This document shows positions 1-8,807 of a stretch of 64,000 bases of DNA, piece by piece (position 1 is the first letter of the stretch; every line of letters starts with the position of its first letter). This DNA is from Candidatus Scatosoma sp. (lineage in GTDB: Bacteria; Bacillota; Clostridia; Christensenellales; Borkfalkiaceae). The notes beneath the pieces are model-generated. The model searched no databases. It was given only the letters and a program-made list of their open reading frames with translations, and was not told the DNA's origin. Location: positions 1,919 to 65,918 of the forward strand of contig JAZQGK010000130.1 in NCBI GenBank assembly GCA_045539975.1, in the 5' to 3' direction. A program made the translations under genes and the position numbers.

Positions 1-77
1 TACGCAAGGAGCGGTATCAACCCCAACACCGCCAACATCAACGAGCCGACGATGATTAAAGTTGTAACCCCTGACAT
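1..77 (-). CDS. Hypothetical small membrane protein, N-terminus only (CDS runs off the window)
   Basis: ATG at 77-75 preceded by AGGAGG (90-85, 7-nt spacer). The visible codons MSGVTTLIIVGSLMLAVLGLIPLLA form a hydrophobic helix. Absent from the ORF track because the window edge truncates it. Confidence 0.45.
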   Translation of the reverse strand, partial: MSGVTTLIIVGSLMLAVLGLIPLLA

Positions 78-1015
78 AGATCCGCCTCCTCATCTTCACC
101 GCTTTCTTCTGTCTGCTCCGCTTGTTCTTCCTGCAATGCGCGAAGGTCGTCGTTCCAATCCTTATGCTTAGGGATTAGTATCTTGCTTGCGATACCCTTC
201 TCAAAGAGCTTATCCGAGATTTTCTCATCGAACAATCTGCCCTTCTCATCGTTATCCAAACAAACGTAAACTTTCTTGATTTCAGGTTTATCCTTCAGCA
301 TTTGCCAAAGCACTCTGTCACCCACGCCGCAACACGCCGCATACGAATGCTGTTCCCAGCCTTCTTTGTTCATACTGATATACGAAAGCATATCGATGGG
401 CGCTTCAAAAATATACAGCCTATCGCTTTTGCCGTACCAGTGGAAACTGTATTCGGGAACGCTGTTTTCCGCATTCCCTCTAAACGAAGATTTATCACCT
501 GTTGCGCGTAAGCTTGCATGCATAATCTTTCCGTTTTTATCCTCGCCGACGAACACTGCATTATGGTAATCCGCCGACTCGTAAATCAACCCCTGCTTTA
601 CAAATGCCGATACCACGTCTTTATCCAAGCCTCGTTTTGTCAGCAAGTACGCATATACCCTGCGCATACTCTCGTTCCTGTTAGGCGGTTGAAAGTCCGT
701 TTTCTGTTTCGGCTTTTCAACAGGCTTTGGCTTTGACGTTTTCATTTCCCCTGCCGTACCGCCAAGCAAATATTCCATCGCCTCTTTGAAGTTTTTCCCA
801 AAGAACTCTTGCACGAATTTAATCGCATTGCCGCCCCGTTCTTCATAGTGATTGTACCACTGACATCCGCGAATGGTTATCCTGTCCGCGCCGTGCTTCC
901 ACTCGTACTCCGAACCCACGGCTTTGAGTTCTTCGCCTTGCCGCCTTAGCATATCCACGATATCCGTTTCGGCGGCTCTCTTAATCTCTTGTTCACTAAA
1001 TTTCTTGTACGCCAT
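56..1015 (-). CDS. Toprim-domain (DUF3991-like) primase-like protein of conjugative elements
   Basis: 319 aa. Toprim glutamate (FEAPIDMLS) and DxD motif (VYVCLDNDEKGR). Lies directly downstream of the relaxase, as in Firmicutes ICEs. Confidence 0.75.
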   Translation of the reverse strand: MAYKKFSEQEIKRAAETDIVDMLRRQGEELKAVGSEYEWKHGADRITIRGCQWYNHYEERGGNAIKFVQEFFGKNFKEAMEYLLGGTAGEMKTSKPKPVEKPKQKTDFQPPNRNESMRRVYAYLLTKRGLDKDVVSAFVKQGLIYESADYHNAVFVGEDKNGKIMHASLRATGDKSSFRGNAENSVPEYSFHWYGKSDRLYIFEAPIDMLSYISMNKEGWEQHSYAACCGVGDRVLWQMLKDKPEIKKVYVCLDNDEKGRLFDEKISDKLFEKGIASKILIPKHKDWNDDLRALQEEQAEQTEESGEDEEADLCQGLQL

Positions 1016-1031
1016 AATTCCTCCTTGCCTT

Positions 1032-3191
1032 TTATTGTTCTTGTTTTAAGCCCTGCGCGCGTTTCTTTTCATTGATACGCCGCAATTCTTTGCTGTCCGT
1101 CATACCGCGCTTGCCGTTTTTCAGCTTATCTCTCATGATCCTGCTCAGATGATAAAACAACCGCACTATCCCTGTTTTCATATACCTTGCTCGGTGTTCC
1201 CGTATGTCTTCCAAGGTCTGTTTTGCATATTCGTTGCCTTGCTCTGCAGCAGAATGCAGATACGCCATCGCCTTTTCTTCATCCCGTTCGACTCCTAAAC
1301 CGTACAGATATATCCTCGCAAGCTGATACTCCGCAAACGCATTCCCGTCCTTCGCCGCTTGCTCGAAATACTCAATGGCTTTTTCCGTATCCGTCAAGCC
1401 TTCTTCCGTAAGCCGAATCTTCCCTGCAAGATACGCCGCGCGCGGATTGCCTTTCCCCGCCGCGCGCTCTAAATATTCCAACGCTTTTTCCGCGTCCTTC
1501 TCTACAAGCTCGCCTTGGTATAAAAGTTTTCCGTACACGTACTCCGCAGGCAGCATACCCTTCTCCGCTGACTGTTTCAAAAACGTAACCGCATCCGCCG
1601 TGTTCTTTTTTAACTTCTCTCCATCGAGCAACGCTTTCCCCAACGTATACGCCGCGTACTTATTCCCTTTGTCTATCGCTCGGCGCAATAACTCTTCCGC
1701 TTTCACGCCGTCGAACGCAAAGTCTTCGCCTTTGAGCAGGGTTTTCCCAAGTAAATATTCCGCATACTCGTTGCCGTCCGACACCGAATCTTCCAACCAC
1801 TTTTGTGCTTGCGCCGTATCCTTCGGGATTTCTTTGCCCGTCAAATACATTTTTCCCAAGCGGTATTTCGCAACCGTATTTCCAAGGCTTGCAGACTCAA
1901 TCAAAAACTCTACCGCTTTCTTCGGATCGTACCCGTCGCTTTCTTCGACAAGCAAATCCTTAGCTTTGCGGTAGAGTTCCCACATCTTTTTTCTGTCCTT
2001 CCATGAAATTTTTACGCTTTCCGTTTCCGCGTCCGTCGGCTCCGACTCAGGCATATCCTTATCCAGCTCTCGTCGTTCCAACACAATGTTCATCGCTTCC
2101 TTGATAACGGCGTTGCGGATGGATTTAAATTCTTCGTTTTGCGACAGCGGAATTCGTTCTTCCATTCTCTTCGTGTACGTCTTTATAACTTCCTCTCTCT
2201 GCTCGTACCATAACTCATAGAGCTTTGCGATACGCTCGTCACTCGCCAGCCCGTCTACGATAGAACACACCAACGCTTTCACGTCAGGTTTAAGATATCC
2301 GTACACTTTTTTTCCTTTCGTCTTCGACAGCCTTTTCGCAAGCTGTACGAGCTTTTGTTCAAGCTGCGGATTGTCATACCCTTCTTCGTTGATCCGACGA
2401 ACGATTTCCGCAATCAAATTCTTGCCTGTGCCTCGCAGTTCGTCACGATGCTGCGTTTGTTTTTCATACACGCTGATAAGATCCTGGGCAAAGATATTCG
2501 CCGCGAACTTCGAACGCATATTGTGTACGCTCTGTTTTGTCAGGTAACCTTCCTTCGGATTCTTCGAATACACAATCAGATGCACGTGCGGATGATGTCC
2601 TTCGTTATGAAACGCGCCGTACCAACAGAAATTTTCAAGCGGGATTTTGAAGTTCTCCGCCATCATCGCCGCTTCCGAACGAAGCATATCCCGCCACCGG
2701 CTTCCGTTATCGTAGCCGAGCCGTTCCGCATCCTCCCTTCGAAGAGAAAGGATTACCGTCCATACGTTCCCGTCGTATTCGTTGAGTACAGCCGACACCG
2801 AATTCAAATTGACAGGCTCGCCGTCGTCCGTGAACAGTCCGTGCGCGCCGAACCGCTCTGCTCTCGGCCTCGTCGCAATATAGTCCGCATACGTTTTCTT
2901 ACCCATTGCCGTTTCAATATTTTCTTCCACGACACGGGAAATGAATTCGGATGCGTTCCACTTGGACGGATCCTTGCAGTAGTCATCGTACTCGTGCATG
3001 TCCTTCGCGTCAGGGAAATCTTGTAAGAGTTTCTTGATGATATCGCCTTGTTTGAGGGTAGCAGGTACGAGTTTAAACGACTCGTCTATCTTTTCCACGC
3101 CCTCTCTCGTAGCAATATATTTTGCGTAGCCGCCTATCTTTTTCAGCTCGTCGTTCTTCAGGTACTTGAACTTTGTTATTAGCCGCGCCAT
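1032..3191 (-). CDS. MobL/MobP-type conjugative relaxase fused to C-terminal Sel1-like repeats
   Basis: 719 aa. Histidine triad HNEGHHPHVHLIVYS in the N-terminal ~400 aa. The C-terminal ~250 aa holds about seven Sel1-type repeats (AEYLLGKTLL, AAYTLGKALL, AEYVYGKLLY, AAYLAGKIRL, AEYQLARIYLYG). Confidence 0.85.
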   Translation of the reverse strand: MARLITKFKYLKNDELKKIGGYAKYIATREGVEKIDESFKLVPATLKQGDIIKKLLQDFPDAKDMHEYDDYCKDPSKWNASEFISRVVEENIETAMGKKTYADYIATRPRAERFGAHGLFTDDGEPVNLNSVSAVLNEYDGNVWTVILSLRREDAERLGYDNGSRWRDMLRSEAAMMAENFKIPLENFCWYGAFHNEGHHPHVHLIVYSKNPKEGYLTKQSVHNMRSKFAANIFAQDLISVYEKQTQHRDELRGTGKNLIAEIVRRINEEGYDNPQLEQKLVQLAKRLSKTKGKKVYGYLKPDVKALVCSIVDGLASDERIAKLYELWYEQREEVIKTYTKRMEERIPLSQNEEFKSIRNAVIKEAMNIVLERRELDKDMPESEPTDAETESVKISWKDRKKMWELYRKAKDLLVEESDGYDPKKAVEFLIESASLGNTVAKYRLGKMYLTGKEIPKDTAQAQKWLEDSVSDGNEYAEYLLGKTLLKGEDFAFDGVKAEELLRRAIDKGNKYAAYTLGKALLDGEKLKKNTADAVTFLKQSAEKGMLPAEYVYGKLLYQGELVEKDAEKALEYLERAAGKGNPRAAYLAGKIRLTEEGLTDTEKAIEYFEQAAKDGNAFAEYQLARIYLYGLGVERDEEKAMAYLHSAAEQGNEYAKQTLEDIREHRARYMKTGIVRLFYHLSRIMRDKLKNGKRGMTDSKELRRINEKKRAQGLKQEQ

Positions 3192-3613
3192 TCAGTTCCT
3201 TTCTGCCAGTCGAGCGCGTCTTCAAAACCAAACGAGCCGTTTAAGCGTTTCACTTCTTTCACGCATTCGCCGCGCAACCTTTCCAACGACACTTGGTCGA
3301 TATCCAAGTTAATCGCAAGGATGTTCATCATCAACGCCATCTCCACCGCCAGCTTGAACAGCACTCGGCCCTGCTTGTTCTCGCTCTCCGCCACGATTCC
3401 TTTCAAGGTCGACAGTACGATATGCGGAAGGTATTCCTTGTTGTCGTTAGACGAAAGATACCCAACGTAAAAATCTACCGCCTTTTCCACGAGTTCGCTC
3501 TTGGTTAGACAGTTCGCCTTTTTATACCAATCGTCTATCTTTTGCAAGGTTTCTTTTTTTGCCCATAAAGCGAACCTTTTCTTATCTTCTTGCTCTGCTT
3601 TCTTTTCTGTCAC
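3179..3613 (-). CDS. Relaxosome accessory protein, ribbon-helix-helix type (MobC-like role)
   Basis: 144 aa. N-terminal RHH pattern KKRFALWAKKETLQKIDDWY...LVEKAVDFYV. Overlaps the relaxase start by 13 nt and sits next to the candidate oriT. Confidence 0.6.
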   Translation of the reverse strand: MTEKKAEQEDKKRFALWAKKETLQKIDDWYKKANCLTKSELVEKAVDFYVGYLSSNDNKEYLPHIVLSTLKGIVAESENKQGRVLFKLAVEMALMMNILAINLDIDQVSLERLRGECVKEVKRLNGSFGFEDALDWQKGTEWRG

Positions 3614-3629
3614 AATTTCCTCCTTTCTT

Positions 3630-3815
3630 CCTTAACCCACCCCGTAACCCACTCGTTTTCCCTTACAACACCGCATATTCAGCCTTCCGCAACCCACTCC
3701 TTGACACAACACCCCGTTTTACAACCCACTCGGCTCAAATCGCTGAATCCCTTGAAACAGCGGGCGTTGCACGCTGTTGTGAACTGCGTTTGGGGTGTCT
3801 ACAACCCAAACGCTT
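3630..3815. promoter_or_regulatory. Candidate oriT (iterated AACCCAC motifs plus hairpin)
   Basis: Lies in a 360-bp ORF-free gap upstream of the RHH-relaxase operon. AACCCAC occurs at 3634, 3646, 3691 and 3723, with variant AACCCAA at 3803. An imperfect hairpin AACAGCG-N9-CGCTGTT spans 3756-3778. Confidence 0.5.
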
Positions 3816-3974
3816 TCACCTGCTTATTTTCTACCCTATGCCACCGCGCGACAATAGCCTGAATCTTGCGTTTTTACACTCGCGCACAAAGGTTTGAATT
3901 TCGCCTTGTTTTGCCCCGTCGGGTACTTCTGCCACCCGCTTGGAATCGTCGCAAACAGGCGGTATTTTCGCCCT

Positions 3975-4631
3975 TTAAGGCGGTGTTAATCCTAACGCTA
4001 CTTGGTCCAAATCTTCGCCTTCCAGGTTACTGCGGAATATCTGCTCTCGCTCTTGTTCCGTCAAGCCGACTGCATCTTCGGCGTTTTCCACCGCTTTCGT
4101 TAAGGTATATAGGTCGTAGGCTTTCCAAGTTTCACAGCTCGGCTCTAACACTTGAACGTTTTCTTCATATAAATCGAAAGTCAACACCGCCGTAATAAAC
4201 GGAGTGTTTTTGATAGAACTGCACAAGACCTCAAACACCGATTCGTCCAACGAGCTTTCCGCACCAAAACATCTTTGTCCAATTGTGTCTACCGTGTATT
4301 GTTTTAAGTCTTCAGACTTACTCGCTTCTACATAATTTTTAGCAATCGTGAAAAAGTTTTCGCCACGCCGCGAGATAAATGCATATTCCTCGAACTCATC
4401 TCGGATACGCACTACGGCGAATTGTTTTTCTTTTAATAATTCCCCCAAGTCATCCGCATCGATTTGCTTTTCAATTTCTTTGCGTTGCGCTTCGGGAATA
4501 AGTTCTTGATACCATGCCTCCGCTTTCGCTTGGAGCTGCTCGTCGAAATTATTTCCGCCGCGTTCGAGAGCTTCTCGCATCGCGGCGTACTTGCGGTAGT
4601 GAATAGGAATTTTCAATTCTTTATTTGCCAT
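3975..4631 (-). CDS. Hypothetical protein (acidic, 218 aa), first ORF next to candidate oriT
   Basis: Long ORF in the operon frame and strand. No motif recognised. Confidence 0.6.
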   Translation of the reverse strand: MANKELKIPIHYRKYAAMREALERGGNNFDEQLQAKAEAWYQELIPEAQRKEIEKQIDADDLGELLKEKQFAVVRIRDEFEEYAFISRRGENFFTIAKNYVEASKSEDLKQYTVDTIGQRCFGAESSLDESVFEVLCSSIKNTPFITAVLTFDLYEENVQVLEPSCETWKAYDLYTLTKAVENAEDAVGLTEQEREQIFRSNLEGEDLDQVALGLTPP

Positions 4632-4878
4632 CCGTTACCTCCTCGTCCGCGCCTGCGGCGATAGCAGAAGATATAACACCTTTCTTTACTGTATTCTTAC
4701 CGCCGTTCCCTGCTCGTAGCGAAAGATATTCCCTCACCCCTGCAGGTACAGTTTTCGTGTACAAACTTTCCATGGCTTTTTCCACCTCGCCTTCCACCGT
4801 TTGTCCTTTCTGCTCCAGATACACTTTCAATGCCGACAGCTTTTCTTCGTCATAGCTTACCGTAATATTTTTCTTCAT
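4621..4878 (-). CDS. Hypothetical protein (85 aa)
   Basis: ORF overlaps the next gene by 11 nt (translational coupling). No motif recognised. Confidence 0.55.
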   Translation of the reverse strand: MKKNITVSYDEEKLSALKVYLEQKGQTVEGEVEKAMESLYTKTVPAGVREYLSLRAGNGGKNTVKKGVISSAIAAGADEEVTDGK

Positions 4879-4890
4879 ACTTCCTCCTTC

Positions 4891-5223
4891 TTACATAGAT
4901 TGCATCGGTGTCAACACCAACACGTCGTCCTGTTCTTCCAACTCATAGTGACCTGGATAATTCCTCGCCACTTGCGGCGGGCAATATAAATGGCACGCAA
5001 AACAGCTTTTGATGATACCATGTCCGCGTTCATCCTGTTTTAACGCAAGCACGCCATGCTCTTTATCCACGCCCCATACCCATTTGCATTCCATTAGAAA
5101 CGGAAATTTCTTCAAGGCTTTTTGACTTACGTAGGCAGGTGCGCCTTTGTAAATTGCGACATCCGTTCGGCCACGCGTTACGCCTGCGCCATACTTAAAA
5201 TTGTATTTCTTTTTCTCTGCCAT
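4891..5223 (-). CDS. Hypothetical protein (110 aa) with Cys/His cluster
   Basis: ORF in the operon. Contains CFACHLYC plus nearby His residues. No family recognised. Confidence 0.55.
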   Translation of the reverse strand: MAEKKKYNFKYGAGVTRGRTDVAIYKGAPAYVSQKALKKFPFLMECKWVWGVDKEHGVLALKQDERGHGIIKSCFACHLYCPPQVARNYPGHYELEEQDDVLVLTPMQSM

Positions 5224-5232
5224 CTTTTACTC

Positions 5233-6291
5233 CTACATTTCACCGAGCTTCAACCCGTTTTTCTGCCCCGTCCATTCCTGTTCATCATATACACAGTCCG
5301 TTGTGTCGCAGTCCTCAATGTCCGTGCGATGAAATTTCGTCTTTTCTAAACAGCTCTCCCGTAAAACACTATTGTAAAAATGACAATCCCAGAATGCTGT
5401 TTTTGTAAGGTTGCTTGATGTCATATCTGCACGACTTAAATCGCAATTAGAAAATTTCGCACCCGTAAAATCCGAGTCTATTGCCGTCATTTCCATACAC
5501 TCGGTTTTTATAATTCTTGTTCCCTTAAAAGACGAAGCGTTCACGTTCGCACCGTTCATTCTTGAATCTATAATTTTTGCATTATCAAATATCATATTTT
5601 CAAGCCATCTATCCGACATTTCCAAATTGCGCAATAAACAGTTTGAAAAATCCGCCTGTTCTCCGCTGCCGTTATCTAACCATAACAAATGCTTGGCATA
5701 GATAAGCTCAAATTCTTTTTGTGTGATTACTTTTAAATGGCTATCATCTTCTTCATAAGCAAATTTAGGCGCAACTACTATCCGTACTATATCATCGTCT
5801 TGTCCTGACATATTAATTTCAGGTCGCTCTGCTAACATGGAAATAAATACGTCCATATTAAAAGGTTCTTTATCGTATAACTCAGACTCAGGGAAACTGT
5901 ATTGACCTTGTTTCTGATAACGTAACGCCTTTTCTACTTGCTCGTCTACCGCCTCCACCATATTTTTATTTAATTTCGTCAACGACGGATATTTTTCCTG
6001 TTGTACGATTGCTTTTGCATAAGGTAAATACGCCGTATGACGAGGATACGAATATCCTTCCGATATTACGAGAATCCCGTCTTCTTGACCTTTCCCCACC
6101 ACAAGCAAACACCGAGCTATACCGCTTTCGTCTACTCGGTATTTATCTGAATTTTTTGAAATAAAATCGTAATCCTCGTTCATATGATTACAAAAATTTG
6201 CAAATTCTTCCGTGGATAGCTTCACCACATCTTCTATTGTAAACTCTTGTGTTCTTTGCTCCAATGGTATACGACTAAATTCTATTTTCAT
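5233..6291 (-). CDS. Pentapeptide-repeat protein with unknown N-terminal domain
   Basis: 352 aa. From about aa 213 to 330 there are continuous A(D/N)LXX-type pentapeptide repeats (ADFSNCLLRNLEMSD...FTGAKFSNCDLSRADMTSSNLTKTAF...). Confidence 0.8.
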   Translation of the reverse strand: MKIEFSRIPLEQRTQEFTIEDVVKLSTEEFANFCNHMNEDYDFISKNSDKYRVDESGIARCLLVVGKGQEDGILVISEGYSYPRHTAYLPYAKAIVQQEKYPSLTKLNKNMVEAVDEQVEKALRYQKQGQYSFPESELYDKEPFNMDVFISMLAERPEINMSGQDDDIVRIVVAPKFAYEEDDSHLKVITQKEFELIYAKHLLWLDNGSGEQADFSNCLLRNLEMSDRWLENMIFDNAKIIDSRMNGANVNASSFKGTRIIKTECMEMTAIDSDFTGAKFSNCDLSRADMTSSNLTKTAFWDCHFYNSVLRESCLEKTKFHRTDIEDCDTTDCVYDEQEWTGQKNGLKLGEM

Positions 6292-6306
6292 TGTTGCTTT
6301 TCCCTC

Positions 6307-7137
6307 CTAATTATAATTTTCATATTGATAAAAACGGGGATACTGGAATATAAACGCAGGCGTTTTCCATACGCTCCACAGCTCCCGCGTCAGCGAATTT
6401 TGGTGTTTGACAATTGCAGGTACCCCCGCAAGCGAAAGTTGCAAATACGTCATGTGTACGCAACGAATATCTATATCACTACACTCGATAAAACATTTTT
6501 GAGTATAGTTGATTCCGTAATCGTTCTTCAACACATCAAGCGCCGCTATCATCATTCCACCCCCACCGCAACACGGATCGCATAAGGTCAACACCCCTTT
6601 CTTTTCCGCCTGTGCTATCACTTCTGGTCCTATCGCTGCTTTCGCCATAAACTGCGAAATGTGATACGGCGTAAAAAATTGCCCCGTATTCTTGTTCCCT
6701 TGATTGCATCTCATAAATAGGTCCCCAAGATAATCCCGAAACACGCCGTTATCATATACGACAGATGATAAAAGCGCGTATATCTTTCCGAATATCTCGG
6801 TCATCAATTCGCGCTCTTTGGGTTCGTATTTATTTATAATTCGCTGATAGCGTTCTTCACGCTCTACCTGCTGTATTAAATCCACCGTGTTAGATATCGA
6901 TATCGCACCGCACTCAAATACATCCGATATCAGTTGATTCGTATCCACTCGATAGGTTGCAGACTTTATCCGTTTCATTATCTCATCCACCGTTGGCACG
7001 GCATAAGGACATAGATTCTTTTCTTCCCTTTTTTCTGCCACAGCTACAATCGGTTCAGGTATGTGCGGAATCTCCACCAATTGCGGTTTTTCAGCTATAA
7101 TATCGAAAATAGACAGTTGATTGCTCGATTTTTTCAT
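6307..7137 (-). CDS. HsdM/gamma-class N6-methyltransferase-like protein lacking catalytic motif IV
   Basis: Motif X-like GQFFTPYHIS and motif I LCDPCCGGGGM are present. The protein ends about 70 aa later with no (N/D/S)PP(F/Y/W). Start chosen at MKKSSNQ (RBS AGGGGG); the ORF track allows 7173. Confidence 0.7.
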   Translation of the reverse strand: MKKSSNQLSIFDIIAEKPQLVEIPHIPEPIVAVAEKREEKNLCPYAVPTVDEIMKRIKSATYRVDTNQLISDVFECGAISISNTVDLIQQVEREERYQRIINKYEPKERELMTEIFGKIYALLSSVVYDNGVFRDYLGDLFMRCNQGNKNTGQFFTPYHISQFMAKAAIGPEVIAQAEKKGVLTLCDPCCGGGGMMIAALDVLKNDYGINYTQKCFIECSDIDIRCVHMTYLQLSLAGVPAIVKHQNSLTRELWSVWKTPAFIFQYPRFYQYENYN

Positions 7138-7299
7138 TGGTTGCCCCCTGTATGGTATTCTTACCACAAACATACCCGAACCGTTGCCGTAAGTCCAGCG
7201 AATATGCCCCGAACGCTAAAACAATTCCTTAAAAATTGCCATCAACACGTCCACGACAATGGAATTCCTTGCTTGCTTATTTCATCTACTCGCCATACG

Positions 7300-7986
7300 T
7301 CAGCCCATGTTCATGCCCGTATCTTCGGACATGATGTCCTGATGATATTCTTGGCAATAATCTTCCACAAACTGCTTTCTGCCTTCTTTGCTAAAAAGGT
7401 TTGCATCCAAATCGCCGATAAACGTTTGATACAAGTCCTCTAAAATATGTCCCTCGTCTTTACACAAGGCTTTATAAACTTTATCAGAGAACTCGTGTTC
7501 TTCATATATCGCGTCGTGAATCTCCGTTTTAACCGTTGTTTCATAGCTATGCGAATACACTTCTTCGGGCGTACCTTGCAACAAATTTAATTCATACAAT
7601 TCGTACTCGTTGTGTACGCCGTCTAAAACTCTCTGCTTGCAGTCAAAATCGTCCATAAGCTCGCCATACATCGACTCGCAATAACCCGTTATCGTTTCTT
7701 CTACCTCTTTTGCCGTAGAAACGGAAGCGAAATCTTCATCCAGATGGTTGAACAGATTATTCAATATACTGCCGCGTTCTTCGTACAACGCTCGATATAT
7801 CTTTTTCGGGAAATTCACTGCGCCGCAAAAACCGTATTCGTACAGCGTGTTTTTCATATTGATTTCATAGGCTTTCCTGTAAACCGATACCGAGTCAAGC
7901 GCAACCGTATCGCCGTAAAATTGATTAAACTCGGCCTGCACGCTTTCCTTGACTTCTTTCTCGTAATCAATTGCTTTTTCGTCCAT
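7300..7986 (-). CDS. Accessory protein with two copies of a ~100-aa repeat module (paralogue 3 of 3; possibly DUF3848-like)
   Basis: 228 aa. The module IDYEKEV..SVQAEF...VY..SYE...KVYKALY.E.G.IL..L occurs twice and is shared with the two upstream genes. Confidence 0.65.
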   Translation of the reverse strand: MDEKAIDYEKEVKESVQAEFNQFYGDTVALDSVSVYRKAYEINMKNTLYEYGFCGAVNFPKKIYRALYEERGSILNNLFNHLDEDFASVSTAKEVEETITGYCESMYGELMDDFDCKQRVLDGVHNEYELYELNLLQGTPEEVYSHSYETTVKTEIHDAIYEEHEFSDKVYKALCKDEGHILEDLYQTFIGDLDANLFSKEGRKQFVEDYCQEYHQDIMSEDTGMNMG

Positions 7987-7987
7987 A

Positions 7988-8806
7988 TCAGCCTCCCATC
8001 ACAGGTACAGGGCTTTCATCTTCCTGTACAACTTCTTCGTCTTTTTCATTCATAATCTCACGGTGATAACGGTTGCAATAATCTTTAATGAAAAAAATTG
8101 TTCCCCCAGAGCTGTTTACGCTTGCCTCCGGCGATTCTATAAAATCCTGGTGCAATTCTTCCAGTATTTTGCCTCGCTCTTGATACAATGCTTTATAAAC
8201 TTTATCATCAAAATTCCATCCATCGCAAAGTGCGACATAGAATTCCGTTTTCGCCATTGATTCGTAGCTGTGCGCGTAGACTTCTTCAACTGTTCTGCTT
8301 AAAAGGTCCGCTTCGTATGCCTTGAATTCTTGCTCAACGCTTGCAATGACTTCGTGCTTATAATCGATTTCGGCATTGTCAGTCCCTCGACAATACACCG
8401 AATCAAATTCACGCGAGAGATCGATCCCGTACAGCTCTATTTCTTCTTGCGTCATACCGACTTCTATGTGCAGATCCCGAAATAATCCTTCATCGCTCGT
8501 TTGATGGTCAAGAAACCAACCTACAAACCCTTGCAACAGCTCTGTTTTTCTTTTTTCCGTTAATTGCAAATTTCCATCTCCCGTCAACAGTTCTTTTTCT
8601 ACTATCCTACCGTTTTTCAAAAAGAAATCGGACGTATTATCAAACCGAGAATCATCCGTCGTAATCTCAAAACCGTCAACTGCATCGCTATCCCGTAAAA
8701 CCACCGCATTTTTTACTTCTTCTTCCGTTATATTCGGGTGCTCGCCAGCGTCTATATCCATCTCTATCGTCAATCTTATTTTTGACTGTTGCTCTTTCTT
8801 ACTCAT
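7988..8806 (-). CDS. Accessory protein, paralogue 2 of 3
   Basis: Start moved to MSKKEQQ (ATG 8806, junction GGAGGCTGATATG). Shares two modules with the 8808-9575 gene and ends in the same tail QEDESPVPVMGG. Confidence 0.65.
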   Translation of the reverse strand: MSKKEQQSKIRLTIEMDIDAGEHPNITEEEVKNAVVLRDSDAVDGFEITTDDSRFDNTSDFFLKNGRIVEKELLTGDGNLQLTEKRKTELLQGFVGWFLDHQTSDEGLFRDLHIEVGMTQEEIELYGIDLSREFDSVYCRGTDNAEIDYKHEVIASVEQEFKAYEADLLSRTVEEVYAHSYESMAKTEFYVALCDGWNFDDKVYKALYQERGKILEELHQDFIESPEASVNSSGGTIFFIKDYCNRYHREIMNEKDEEVVQEDESPVPVMGG

Positions 8807-8807
8807 A

